Source: Hemiscyllium ocellatum (Eukaryota). Taken from it: DNA of 64,000 nucleotides. Position 1 is the first letter of the stretch. Every line of letters starts with the position of its first letter. Where the stretch lies: the NCBI RefSeq assembly GCF_020745735.1, contig NC_083429.1, positions 3,077,139 through 3,141,138 on the forward strand, read 5' to 3'. Shown one piece after another: positions 51,241 to 63,051 of this stretch. Made by a program: the position numbers and the translations under genes. The notes under the pieces were generated by a model. It worked only from the letters and a program-made list of their open reading frames with translations, made no database searches and was not told the DNA's origin.

Positions 51241-52139
51241 TTATAAGTGAACGTCAGTATCTGATTATTTTCTATTGTAAATGCTGACAAATATTTGATC
51301 ATAGTTGCTGCAGCATAACCATTTAAAATGCAAGAATTGCAATGTCAGCTTGATGATGAAGTCTAATTATTACTCAGCACATAAATATTTTAAACCTTAT
51401 ATCTCAATTACTAAAACAAATATTTCTTTGCTTTGGCACAAAACACTTTGTAAATGTTTGACTTTTCTCTCCTACAGAAATATGTTCATTATTTTTTATC
51501 AATAATCAAATTTCGCATTAAATGCCATTCAATCGTTTTAAAAAATACAAGATGTAAGTTATTGTTCGCTACAACGTAATATCACAAATCATTTATTTAA
51601 GTTAGCATTCACAGTGTATGTTGAATTATTGTAATTTCTCAGTTGTTGGTAAAAGGCTGAAGTTCGTGCATTTAAGTGAGAAATAAAACTGATTGTTATT
51701 TAAATATATAAAAACGCTTTTTTCCATATGATTTTTCAATTATTTTCTCATTGTTAATATATAATTGGTCAGATGTCAAGCACTTTCCAAGTGTTGGTGT
51801 GACAATGTTTTTATTTGAATACCGACAGTGAGTATGTAATTGTAATCACGTCTATAGTCAGACAGGATATTATTTGTTCGATATAAAACAAAATTCACAT
51901 TCTTTATTTTTGAATCATTAAATGTTGACAGGAGTTTGTATTTTTGTTACATAAATATAACATCAACCTCATTGTTTTCAGAGATGATGCAATTATTGTT
52001 TGGCTGAATAATCATACTTCGCATCTTATTTTTGCACAATTCACGAAACATAGCATGTATCTGATTATTTTTCGGATCACTAAACTCATCACCTTGAAAT
52101 AGAAATCTTCAAAGATAGATTTAAAAGGATCTGAATTCA

Positions 52140-52545
52140 GACAGAGTATTACTGAACCTCATAGCTGCCTATGGCACTTAGTGAGATACTGGCCTGCACC
52201 TAAATGTATCCAGAGCACGACCACGTGATTCAGGGAAGTCGTTCAAGCATTATTTCACAACAAAACATTTGGAATCTACGTTGGGCCTGTGGGAAACTAG
52301 CCACCAGGCTATCATTGGTCTCTATGTAAGTACAAATGCTGTCCAGATTAGACATCAATGACTGACTAGCAACCATGCTTTACAAATTCATTCTCAGTCA
52401 GACCCTGTCCCAGAGAGCAGATGTGAGGACATGGAGTGTCAGGAGCACACCACACAAATTATTTACGTTGATGACATCTGGCCTACCTCCCAGACTCCAT
52501 CCATCTGCAACCTGGACAGACACTGAGTGGAGATGTCAACAAGGC
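52140..52545 (+). mobile_element. Old non-LTR RT remnant (Ingi/Vingi-like)
   Basis: QIIYVDDIWPTSQTPS resembles the KFIYADDIxLAxQ RT motif. Confidence 0.45.
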
Positions 52546-53615
52546 GAAAGCAAAGACAGCTGATGCTGGAAGTTCGAGTCGTGAGGCTGCAGCTAGAAAA
52601 GCATGGCAGCTCAGGCAGCTCAAGGAGCAGGAAAGTCGCCGTTTAGTGGAAAATCCCTCAGTCAGCAATAAGAATGGGATCCATGAGGGTGGAGTGATAA
52701 ATGGGAGGGGTTACGGCTGGGGAAAGGTAACTGAGAGTGCGATAGTTGGATGGAGGTGTGGGTAATGGTGCTAAATTGGAGGGGAGGGGGTAGTGGATAG
52801 GTGGGAATGAAGATGGACATATGGGCACGGTGGCTCAGTGGTTAGCACTGCTGCCTCACAGGGACAGGGACCAGTTTCAATTCGGCCTCAGGTGACTCTC
52901 TGTGTGGAGTTTGTACATTCTCCCATGTGTCTGCATGGCTTTCCTCCGGGTGTTCCGGTTTTCTCCCACACGTGAATTGGCCATGTTAAATTGCCCATAG
53001 CCAAAGTGAAATGGGTTACTCTTCGGAGATTTGGTGTGGACTTGTTGGACCAAAGGGCTTGCTTCCACTCCGTGAGAAATCTAAAAAAATTCCTTTCCCA
53101 CTTTGACTAAAAAGAGGGAACATGACATGAGGTCGATGCTAAGCTGGAAGTTTGTAACTGTGATAAGGTGGAAGGAGGGGAAATGTTGAAACTGGTGAAA
53201 TCCACATTAATGCCATGGGGTTGGAGTGTCCAGAGGTCAAAGATAAGGTGTTAAGGGAGTGGCGGCGGATGAAGCCCTGGATCTGCATATCATCAGCACA
53301 GTGGGAGGGGGTGTTGAAGCGTTCGGCCACGGGACAGAGGGGTTGGTTGGTTCCGGTGTCCCAGAGATGTTCTCTGAAGTGCTCTGCGAGTAGAGGTCCT
53401 ATCTCCCCAACGTATAGAATACCACATTGGGAGCAACGGATACAGTAGCTGACATGTGTGGAACTGGAATTGAAACCTTGGTGGATGTGGAAGGATCTTT
53501 AGGGCCTTGTTGGGGGGGGTGTGGTGGTGGTGTGGGCACAGGTCTAGCATTCCTGCGGTGGCAGGGGTAGGACCCTAGACAGGAGGGTGAATTGTTGGGG
53601 ACCTGACGAGCACTC
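52545..53615 (-). mobile_element. Penelope-like element 3' part (GIY-YIG and tail), interrupted by an HE1 SINE
   Basis: Minus strand YCIRCSQCGILYVGE...LAEHFREHL...PVAERFNTPSH. Confidence 0.85.
52823..53082 (+). mobile_element. HE1-type SINE
   Basis: GGGCACGGTGGCTCAGTGGTTAGCACTGCTGCCTCACAG head; CR1-like tail. Confidence 0.92.
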
Positions 53616-53619
53616 ACCT

Positions 53620-54480
53620 ATCTTTTATCCTGTATTCTGCATTCACATTTGATTGTCCAGAATGAATCGCTTCACACTTTTCCAGGTTGAAATCCACCTA
53701 TTTATCAGCCCATTTCTTCATCCTGTCCATGTCCCAGTGCGAACTCCAATGGCCCTCCACACTATCCACAATTCTACCAACCTTTGTTCCATCGACGAAT
53801 GTAATAGCCCACCCTTCCACTTCCTCATCGAAATCATTTATAACAACCACAAACAGCAGAGTCCCCAGAACCGAATCCGACAGAACTCCACTTTTCACCT
53901 AGCTGCAGACAGAATACTTCCCATTTACTGCCATTTTGTGTCTCCACGGGCCAGTCAATTCTGTATTCAGACAGACATGTTTCCCTGTATCCCAAACCTC
54001 CTTACTTTCTGTATGAATCGACCATGGGGAACGTGTTCAAACGCCTTGTTAAAATCCATGCAGTATGCATCCAATGCTCTACCTACTTCAATGTGTTTGA
54101 TCCCATCCTCAAAGAGTTCCATAAGGGTTGGCAGGCATGACTTGCCCCTCACAAAGCCATGCTAACTACTTATAACTTGCTATGATTTCCAAGTAATCAT
54201 AAAGTCTGTCTCTTAGAATCCTCTCCATTACTTTACCCAATACTAATGTAAGACTGACTGGACTGTAATTCTCAGGATTATCCTAATTCCCTTTCCCGAA
54301 CAAGAGAGTAACATTTGCCAACCTCAATCATCTGGCACTACTCAAATGGAGAGTAAAGACGCAAAAATCATCGCCAAAAGCGCAGAAATCTCTTCCCTCT
54401 CTTCCTGTAGCAACCTAGGGTGTTTCCCCTCTGGCCCAGGGGATCTATCTATTTTTATATTTGTACTTCAATTAGTGTGT
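53620..54480 (-). mobile_element. CR1 RT fragment
   Basis: ORF 53967-54152 MDFNKAFEHVPHGR; ORF 53698-53898. Confidence 0.9.
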
Positions 54481-54624
54481 ACTTCATCTGAAATTGTCTA
54501 CTCCATATCTAACCAACTGTCCCTGTCCATTTCCGGGCTATATACCGTGCTGCTTCACTTAGCATATATGGTTCCCAATATCCTGTGAACCATGACTGAA
54601 AAATATAGGAAGACATGAATGCGC

Positions 54625-54750
54625 TGCTGATGAAGGGGTGATGCCCAAATCTTTGACTCTCTTGCTCCTCAGATGTTGCCTGACTGGCTGTTCGTTTTCA
54701 GTGCCGCACGTTTCCATTCTGATCTCCAGCATCTGCCGTCCTCATTTTCC
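54625..54750 (+). mobile_element. PLE 3' tail starting at a hammerhead-like motif
   Basis: CTGATGAAGGGGTGATGCCCAAAT at 54627 (GAAA decayed), followed by the shared tail. Confidence 0.65.
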
Positions 54751-54885
54751 CTATTACTGATGGCTGTCCCGTCTGCACACTGAGCAGGGAATTAATCAGC
54801 AGAAACTCACTGCATGTGGAGCAGACTGTTCAGTTCTGGAAGATTGCATTAGGTTAATGCATTCATTAAAAACGAAATTGCATTT

Positions 54886-55038
54886 AAAATCTGATTGAAG
54901 ATTTGTAGCTCGGGTATCCGTTGTTGTGGTTCTGCTCGCCGAGCTGGAAGTTTTTGCTGCAAACGTTTCGTTCCCTAGCCAGGGAACGAAACGTTTGCAG
55001 CAAAAACTTCCAGCTCGGCGAGCAGAACCACAACAACG
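54886..55038. mobile_element. Young fold-back PLE mini element with a perfect 58-bp inverted repeat
   Basis: Arms 54919-54976 and 54981-55038 are exact reverse complements with loop AGCC; 15-bp duplication AACGAAATTGCATTT at 54871 and 55035. Confidence 0.93.
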
Positions 55039-55504
55039 AAATTGCATTTCAACAAATACTAATTCAGTCCCAGAGTTGCAGTTTTGGTTCAAGAATTGGG
55101 CAGCTCGATAAGGAACAGTGAATGACTGAAGAACTCTGAGGTACAGAGTATTCTAGGTGTTATATTCCAGGGTGAATGTTTTTTACTTAATGCTGGGAAT
55201 TTTATCGGATGGACAGATGTGATCAGGGAACAATCTGACATGTGGAAATGTGACATTGTTGTCATTATAGAGATGCGTTTGAGGGAGGTCAGGGCTGACA
55301 ATTCAATCTCCTGTGGTACAAGAACTACAGGCAGGAGAGGAGAGGGGTAAAAGAGGAGGTGGTGTTGCATTATTAGTTATGTAATCAGTTACTACAGTAA
55401 GGAGGGGCAATATCTTGGAAAGATCTTCTAATGAGGCTTGGTTGTTAGAGCTCAGGATCGAAACCATGGCAGAGGCACAGCTGGGGACATATTATAGACT
55501 GTTC

Positions 55505-55716
55505 GAGGAGAATGTGAGGTCTGCCGATGCTGGAGATCAGAGCTGAAATTGTGTTGCTGGAAAAGTGCAGCCGGTCAGGCAGCATCGAAGGAACAGGAAA
55601 TTCGACGTTTCGGTCATAAACCCTTCTTCAGGAAGGGCTTATGCCCGAAACGTTGAATTTCCTTTTCCTTGGATGCCACCTGACCTGCTGCGCTTTTCAA
55701 GCAACACATTTTCAGC
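55505..55716. mobile_element. Fold-back PLE mini element
   Basis: Inverted arms meet at about 55632; 14-bp duplication ACATATTATAGACT at 55487 and 55717. Confidence 0.9.
55601..55634 (-). ncRNA. Putative minimal type I hammerhead ribozyme (PLE-type)
   Basis: Minus strand reads TTC-CTGAAGA-A-GGGTTTATGACC-GAAA-C-GTC-GAA: CUGANGA and GAAA core, GUC cleavage triplet, 3-bp stem I (UUC/GAA). Confidence 0.65.
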
Positions 55717-57599
55717 ACATATTATAGACTCCCAGATAAAAGAAAGTACAGGACCAGATATAACACCAATTTACTGAGGTGTGTAAAAACTATAATAGGT
55801 TTATTATACACACTCATTTCATTTCCAAGCATTAATTAGGGCAGTGATAATATTTTAAGAGGGGGCAGATGCCTTGAAATTTATTCCAGAAAGCTCCTTG
55901 TATCATCATGGAGCAGATGCAATAATGGGCGGGGCAGTGATGTGCCTCACTAAGGGGAATAAAGTCAGGATATTTCAGGCAGGATTGGGAGAGCAGTAAA
56001 CGGCCAGTGACCATTACATCATACATTTTATGTTTGGTAAGGAAAAGATTTAAATAAAAAACGCGCTAACTGCTAAATAAAATGTTTTTGGATTGGGGAG
56101 ATCGATTTTATGAAAAAAACCTGACGGAATCTGGCCAGTGTGCAGTGGCTTCTGTGTGAAACTGTAGCAGAATACCGCCTGGCGGGGGGTTGGTGAATCA
56201 CTTGATCCAAATGGAATTGATGAGAGTGTCTGCCCAATGTGTTACACGAAAGATGAAAATTTGGAAAACAAGCCCAGAGAACCTCGGGCGTCAACAAACA
56301 AATCAGAACAGAATTAAAAACGAAAGAGAAGCTTAATACAATTACAAAGTGAGCAGGTCAGTGGATGCACTAAATGAATATAGAAACTGTCGGGCAAATC
56401 TTGAAAAGTCAATAGAAGAGCAGAAGGGAGATTTTGATAAAATATTAATGGGTAAGATTAACAAGAATCCAAAGACATTATATCAGTTCATGAAGAGGAA
56501 GAGGGTAACAGCAGAAAGAAGGGGGCGCTACTGGAGACAAAGGGGACAACCTGTGCACGGAGCCACATGATATGTTAAACGCGGGCTTCATATTAGTCTT
56601 CAGTTGGGAGAAGCAGTTCCTGGATTCAGGGAGAGTGACAGTGTGTCCCTTGAATGATTTAATATAGAAGCAAAGGATGAATTTGAAGTTGATGCAGGGT
56701 AAAGAGTGGGCAAATCTCCACATAGCGATGATCTGTAACTTAGGCTGATGTGGAAGGTGAGGGAGAAGAGCACAGGCTCTGACATTTTTATTTTTCCCTT
56801 GTCTCTGGCCACAGCGAAGGTGTGATGGGACACGATAACATCTAATGTTGGCAAAATTCTCACACAGAGTGCGAGAAATAAGGTATGGGATTAAAGACCA
56901 CCAAGTCGCCCAACAGGAAGAGAGAAACAATTGTAGAAAATTCCGAGAACTGTTGAGGCTAGGTCATTCAACATATTGTAGGCTGAGGCAGACTGATTTT
57001 TAAACAAGGATTGGTGATAAGGAAAATGCAGTAAAGAATAATGGGGGATTATCAGCATAAATATAACGGAATTTAACAGAAAAGCAGACTCAGTGCACAG
57101 ATAGCCAGAATGTTGCTCCAATGTCTCATGCAATTCTTCTTCCAACAGCCCTGTATTCACTGGAACATAACGTCTCTCCCTTTGGAGTGAGACACAGTTT
57201 GGAATGCAATTGACAGATTCAAGGATTTCATAAATGCAGTATTAATATACAGAAAGCACCAGTGGACTGCTACAACGCGGATTGGCTGCTGCGGTGAATA
57301 TTTGCCTCAGCTCAGTCACCACCAGCAGGAGGAAGATTCCGCAAGACACCCTCCAAATACAAGTAATGACGTACTCTGGAGAGCAGGTCACCATGGGCTT
57401 GGTGTCAAGGAATGTTTAAGGCACAAACATTGCATTACTGTAGTATCTGCCTTCTTCCCTAAACAAAAGTAAATATGTAGGAGTAGAGAAAATGCAGTTG
57501 GTAGCAGAATAAGCAGTAAGTCATTGGTTTGAGAGGCTTCAAACAGCAGCAGCTCAGAAAAAAAGTACAGGAAAGCTCAAATAAATTTTAACTTATTAT

Positions 57600-60500
57600 T
57601 ACAGCAGTCAAGATTGCAGTTAGACCAGTTGCACGTTCCTCCTGTGGGAGCTCAGAGAGATTTCCACCGTCCCTGTTAACTACACGTGTGGAATTTGCAC
57701 CCAGCTGCAGTTCCTGGGAAACCATGTTTGGGAGCTGGAGCTGGATGCACTCAAGATTATCGGTGATGCTACAAACTTCATATATAACTGCTTTAGTGTG
57801 GTCGTTACGCCCAAAACCCACCCCTGGACATGATTCTGTAATGACTATAATGGCACAGTACTACATAAACATCCATGCCCTGAGTTCATCAGTCTTACCT
57901 GTTTGCTCTGTCGCATTTAAATAAACACAATTAAATCCAACAGCCAGTCCTTGCTCCCTATCGTGTTCCAGACAGAGAGTAGGTCTGGAATGGCAAAGGG
58001 AGTAGGCAGCGAGTACAGCCTCTGTGGCCATTCCCCTCGAAAACAAGTATACCACTTCAGATACTGTTGGAGACAACGACCGTCCAAGGGACGCAGCTGC
58101 AGCCAAGTTGGTGGCACTACGACTGGTTTTGGAGCACAGCGGGAGAGGGTAAATTTTACTCAGATCTTAGAGATGGGAGAGTCGATTGTTGGAGAGACAC
58201 TTTGGAGATTCTGGGGCCACAAACGGGAATCCAGCAAGTTGTGCTACGTCCCAGGTGCCAGGTTGCAGGAAGTCTCCGAGTGGCTGCAAGGGGAGGGTGA
58301 GCAACCCGAAGTCATTGTGCACGTTGACATCACAAATGAAACCCGTAGATATAGGAATGAGGTCTGCCAGAGTGATTACAGAGAGTGAGGAGAAAAGTTA
58401 AAAACCAAGACCTCGAAGTGGTAATCTCCTGATTACTTTCTCTTTCATGAGCTCATGATAGTAAGAATAGAAGGATATGGCAGATACATGCATAACTAAA
58501 GAATTGATGCAGGGGGAGGCACGTAGATGTTTAGATCATTGGAGTCTTTTCTGTAACAGAGTTGACCTGTTCAAGAGGGACAGGTGGCATATACACTGTA
58601 GGGGGGGAAACAATATCTTGCCAGGCAGGTTTGCACGTGATCCAATGGAGGGTTTAAGCGAGATTGGCAGGGGGTGAGATCCTAAAGAGCAGGGAGGTAA
58701 ATGCGCAGCTGGAAGGAGATGCAACAATAAGAAACAGTAAAGTGAAAAGACAGGTCAGGCTGGAAAAGAACAGGGACCAAGAATGCCTGTTTTTAATAGA
58801 TTACATTTATTTTATTGCAAGAGGACTGACAGGTAAGGCCGAAGAACTCCGCATGTATCGCTATGTGGGATATTTCAGACACTACAGAAACATAGCTAAG
58901 GGAGGGATAGGACTGGCAGCTTAATAGGCCAGGGTATACCTGTAGGCACAACAGGGAATGGTGGAAAGAGGGAAGGGGGAGTTGCATTTCTGATTAAGGG
59001 GAGTATCACAGCAGTAATCAGAGATGAAATAACTGAAGGATCAAAAAACGAGGATTTGTGGATGAATCGAATAAATAGGAAGGGGTATGATGACGTTATA
59101 GGGGCTGTACTATAGGCCCCGAAATAGTCACCAGTAATTAGAGTAACTAATATATTTGCAGACTTGCAGAAGCAAAAGGATTGTCACAATTGGGATTTTA
59201 ATTTTTATAACATTGACTGGGACTACTAGAGCGTTAAGGGATTTGATAGGGTGGAATCCATTAATTGCGCCAGGAAACTTCCTTCAAGCAGTATGTAGTT
59301 GGGCCTACTCGACTACTCTTAGGAAATAAGACAGAACAAGTGACAGAGGTGACAGTGTGGGAGCACTTCGGAACCAATGGCGATAGTTCCATTAATTTTC
59401 ACATATTGATGGAGAGAGACAAAATTGGACCACATCTTCAAATTCTAAGTTGGCACAAGACGAATTCAGATGGAATTATGTAAAGGTTTGCAGGGATTTG
59501 CTGGAATAGTTTGTTGCTGGCAAAGGGACCTCTGGCAGGTGGGAGTCCTTTGAACATGAGATACTGGAGTTCAAGGTTTATTTGTTACTATGGGGGTGAA
59601 AGGAATGTTGACAGGAATGGGGAACCCCGAATGACAAGAGATATTTAGGCTTTGACCGGGAAAAAAAAGCAGCTCCGTTACAGACAGCTGGGATCAAGTG
59701 AATCCCTGGAGGTATATACGAGGTATAGGAATTTACTGAAGAAGGAAATCAGTAAGGCATAAAGGGGACATGAAAGAGCCTTGGCTGAGAAAATTGAGAT
59801 GCATCCAAAATTGTACTTTCAGTATATTAATGGAAAAACGATAACTAGATCGAAAATAGGACTCCTCAAAGACCAGAGTGACATGTATGTGTGGAACCAT
59901 AAGAGATAGGCGAGATCATCAACGAATACTTCTCCTCTGTGTTTAACATGTAGAAAGACATGAATACTTATGAACTTGGCGAAGTTCATGGTGATTTCTT
60001 ACGAACAGTCCATATTACAGTACGTAATGTACTGAACGTACTAGAACGCTTGAGTTTGGATAAATCTGACGTCACTTACCAGATATACCCAAGAACACTG
60101 TAAGGGGCTAGAAAATCATTTGCGGGGGACCTGGCTGATTATTTTGATCATCATTAACGAGAGTTGAGTTCCTGGAAGGCTGGACGATATTACATGTTGT
60201 GCTCTTACTTAAGAAAGACTGAAAACAAAGCCTTGAAACTATGGAGCAGTAAGTTTAACATATCTGGTAGGTACGTTAATTGAGAAAATTTTGAAGGATA
60301 AAATATACACTAATTTGTAATTACAGGGTTTGATTAGGAATATTGAGAATGGCTTTGCACGTGGGAGACCATGCTTGAAAAATGTCTTAAAGTTATTTGA
60401 AAACGTGACCAGGAATTTTGACCAGGTCGGGGCGGTAGACATCAAAAAGTGGGGGCTAGAAAAAGCACAGCAGGTCAGGCAGGAAAAAGAGAATCGATAT

Positions 60501-60670
60501 TTCCGTCAAAAGCCTTTCATCAAAAATGTCCAAAAATCGATTATCTTGTTCCTTAGATGTTGCCTGACCTGCCATGATTTTCTAGTACCATACTTGTGGA
60601 CTCTGATGTCCAGCATCTGCAGTCCTCAGTTTCTGCTAGGGTGGTAGATTTAGTCAATATGGATTTCAGT
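57600..60670 (+). mobile_element. CR1 LINE 5' two-thirds: ORF1 (SGNH esterase-like), APE and RT start; degenerate
   Basis: GEGEQPEVIVHV..NE...NEV.QSDYRE (ORF1); YFIARGLTGKAEELR (endonuclease); GFARGRPCLKN (RT). Confidence 0.9.
60443..60636. mobile_element. Fold-back PLE mini element nested in CR1
   Basis: GCAGGTCAGGCA / TGCCTGACCTGC arms; junction at a decayed hammerhead at about 60500-60535. Confidence 0.78.
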
Positions 60671-61229
60671 TACACAAGGACAAGATAAGCCTTTTCAACC
60701 CCGGGAGACTGATGTACAGTTACAAGGGGAGGCCAATCAGCCCATCGAACCTATCCAATTGAACCTAGAATAGATCATGTAGCACTGGTTTCCTATTATG
60801 CATCGACAGGATCAGTCTATTCAGCTACTTCAGGTCAGTAACACAGGAAATGGAATACTCTACAAACTCGACAAGGGGAATGTTGGAATAACACGACGCT
60901 ATTTAGCTCCTCAAATCTCTCCTTCCCTTCAGTAAGGTCAGGGCTGTTCTGCTCTTGGCAGCAATTTCTCTTTCATGCCCAAATCTTTGTAGCCCTGTAC
61001 TCTCTCAAAATCCCCTCCCAATCAATTCAGGGATGCAACTGTCTGGGATAGAGAGGACCCAACAATCTCTATCCTCTGAGAGAAAGAACGAACCCCATAC
61101 ATATAGCTTGGCCTATTGACATGAACAAAAGATATGAACACAGCGTCAGAGTGACTGGCCCTGACATTACATCAAGATTTGACTGAGTAATCTTTCAAAG
61201 GGTCGGAACGAGATTAAAATTAATACGAA

Positions 61230-61490
61230 TCAGTTGGAAGCTCCCCACTGGTTGGGTCATTCAAAACGCAATGTGACTGTTGGACATCAATCCTCTCATT
61301 CCCTGGATATCTCTGTGGGTGATCCTCAGGGTAGCTTCCTCAGCAAAAATATCTTCAGCTGCTTCATCAATGCTTTTCCTTCCGTCATTCGATCAGAAGT
61401 GAAGATCTTCAGTGAAGAAACATAAAGCATCAAAACCTGGACAATATTCAAGCTCATGCTGTTGACGTGCAGGTGACATTCGTGAGTCAG
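61230..61490 (+). mobile_element. L2/Jockey-group LINE RT fragment
   Basis: VGHQSS..LDISVGDPQGSFLS..IFSCFIN..PS.IRSEVKIF. Confidence 0.8.
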
Positions 61491-61659
61491 CACTGCTGGA
61501 CCCTGCCCATTTCCACAGTAATGAAACAGGAGCTCATTCAGCATCTCAAGCTGGATTACTTGAAAGCCATTCTGTCCATCCAAATTCTTTGATAAGATGA
61601 GACACAGCCCATTCACTTTTTATTGTTTCTTACACAAGAAGAGATTTATTTTTAAAATC

Positions 61660-62650
61660 TGCAAATGTTGGAATTCAAATTATAAAATCAGGACGTCAGA
61701 ACAACACAACAAGAGAGACTTCTCATCGGGAGGTGAGACGTCAACGAATTGAGTAAAAGCCTCCTTCAGGACTGAGAGTGTTGGGGGTGTTAAGGGGATC
61801 TACATTGAAAGAGGCCGGGTAGGGCAGGTGGAGACAGGATGGTGATGTGGGGATAGGTGAAGAAAGTAGAGGTTATGACTGGGTTGGTGGAAGAGAGGAA
61901 TGAATCCAGTTAGGAAATGGAAGGAGGGCTGATCAGAGGAATGGAAGGGAGGAGGAAGAGCTGGGAATGTTTTGGGGGGATTGGAGAGGAGGTTATTTGA
62001 AATTAGAGAACCCAATGTTGAGTCCCTCGGGATGTAGGCTGCCCAGGCAGAAGATGAAGTGTTGTTCCTCCAATTTGCGGATTGTTTCATTGTGGCCATG
62101 GAGAAAGTCTTGGATGGCCACGTTGGAAAGGGCGTGGGAGGAGGAATTGAAATAGGCAGTGACTGGGTGGTCAGCTCAGCCGTTTTGGGCCCAGCTGAGA
62201 TGCTTAGCAAAACATCCCCTCAGTTTACATTCGTGATCACCGATGTAGTGAAGACCACATCGGGAGCACCAGATGCGGGAAACTAGGTTGGATCCCAACA
62301 CCTGGCAAATTTTCCACAAGGACCATTCCCTTCGCTAATCTTTGGTTCATGCCACACTCCCCACCAAACACTCCAATCCCCACTGACAATCCCCTGCAAA
62401 CGGAGAAGATGCATCACCTGCTGGCACATAGTCTCCCTCACCTCCATCCAGCGCCCCAAACAGTCCTTCCAGGTGAAACAGAGATTCTCTTGCATCCCTT
62501 CCAACCTTGTGTACTGCATCAGGTGCTTCCGATGTGATCTTTTCTACACTGGGGAGACCAAATATAAACAAGGGGCACATTTTACCATCTATCACAGCCG
62601 GGCCCAACGGGGCAGATGTGAGCTCCCTGTCACCACCCATTTCAATTCAA
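61660..62650. mobile_element. PLE inverted pair (minus arm 61660-62292; plus arm 62293-62650)
   Basis: Plus strand NLVYCIRCFRCDLFYTGETK...PVTTHFNS; minus strand RKLEEQHFIFCLGSLHPEGLNIGFSNFK*. Confidence 0.88.
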
Positions 62651-62851
62651 CTGTTTTTTTTTGTCGATTAACACACCGGATGATATGCAGACAGGTCAGC
62701 ACAACACGCAGGTTAGCAGTTACCACGAGTCACCGAATAATGAACCTCTTCCCTGGGATAAGTAGGAGGACATGCAACCCCTCAGACGCTGACACACGAA
62801 AAGAAGGAACCATTCATCCCCTCCAAACTGTTGCGCTGAAAGAGGAGGATG

Positions 62852-63051
62852 TCATTGACGCTGCAACACGACAAACCCAATGAATCAGAGACTGCACAAA
62901 CAGACTGCCCCAGGTTGTTCTTCCTGGCTCCATTGCTAATGATACACATGTGTTACATTAATGTGGTTTCCTGATGCATTGGAGCACAGCGGATGGCTTG
63001 TCCCAAGCCGCAAGGTGGCATCTGCCATCTCTGAGAAGACAGGCTCGTATT
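62852..63051 (-). CDS. Candidate terminal coding exon (or pseudo-exon) of an unidentified gene whose upstream exons lie beyond the window end
   Basis: Acceptor TTTCTGATTTCCATGCAG; phase-1 frame xYEPVFSEMADATLRLGTSHPLCSNASGNHINVTHVYH*, with homology to the paralog continuing past the TAG; synonymous differences versus the copy at 34141-34337. Confidence 0.45.

Larger units (their letters stand above)
55100..57130 (+). mobile_element. Old CR1 ORF2 (endonuclease onward), fragmented
   Basis: Decayed LYLNA, DIVVI.E, GGGVAL and KINKNPKTLYQF motifs. Confidence 0.75.

Noticed and set aside
62845-62945. Ig I-set-like reading ISNGARKNNLGQSVCAVSDSLG
   Set aside because: Differences from the paralog fall mostly on second codon positions in that frame, and the Cys-Cys spacing is too short for an Ig domain in both copies.
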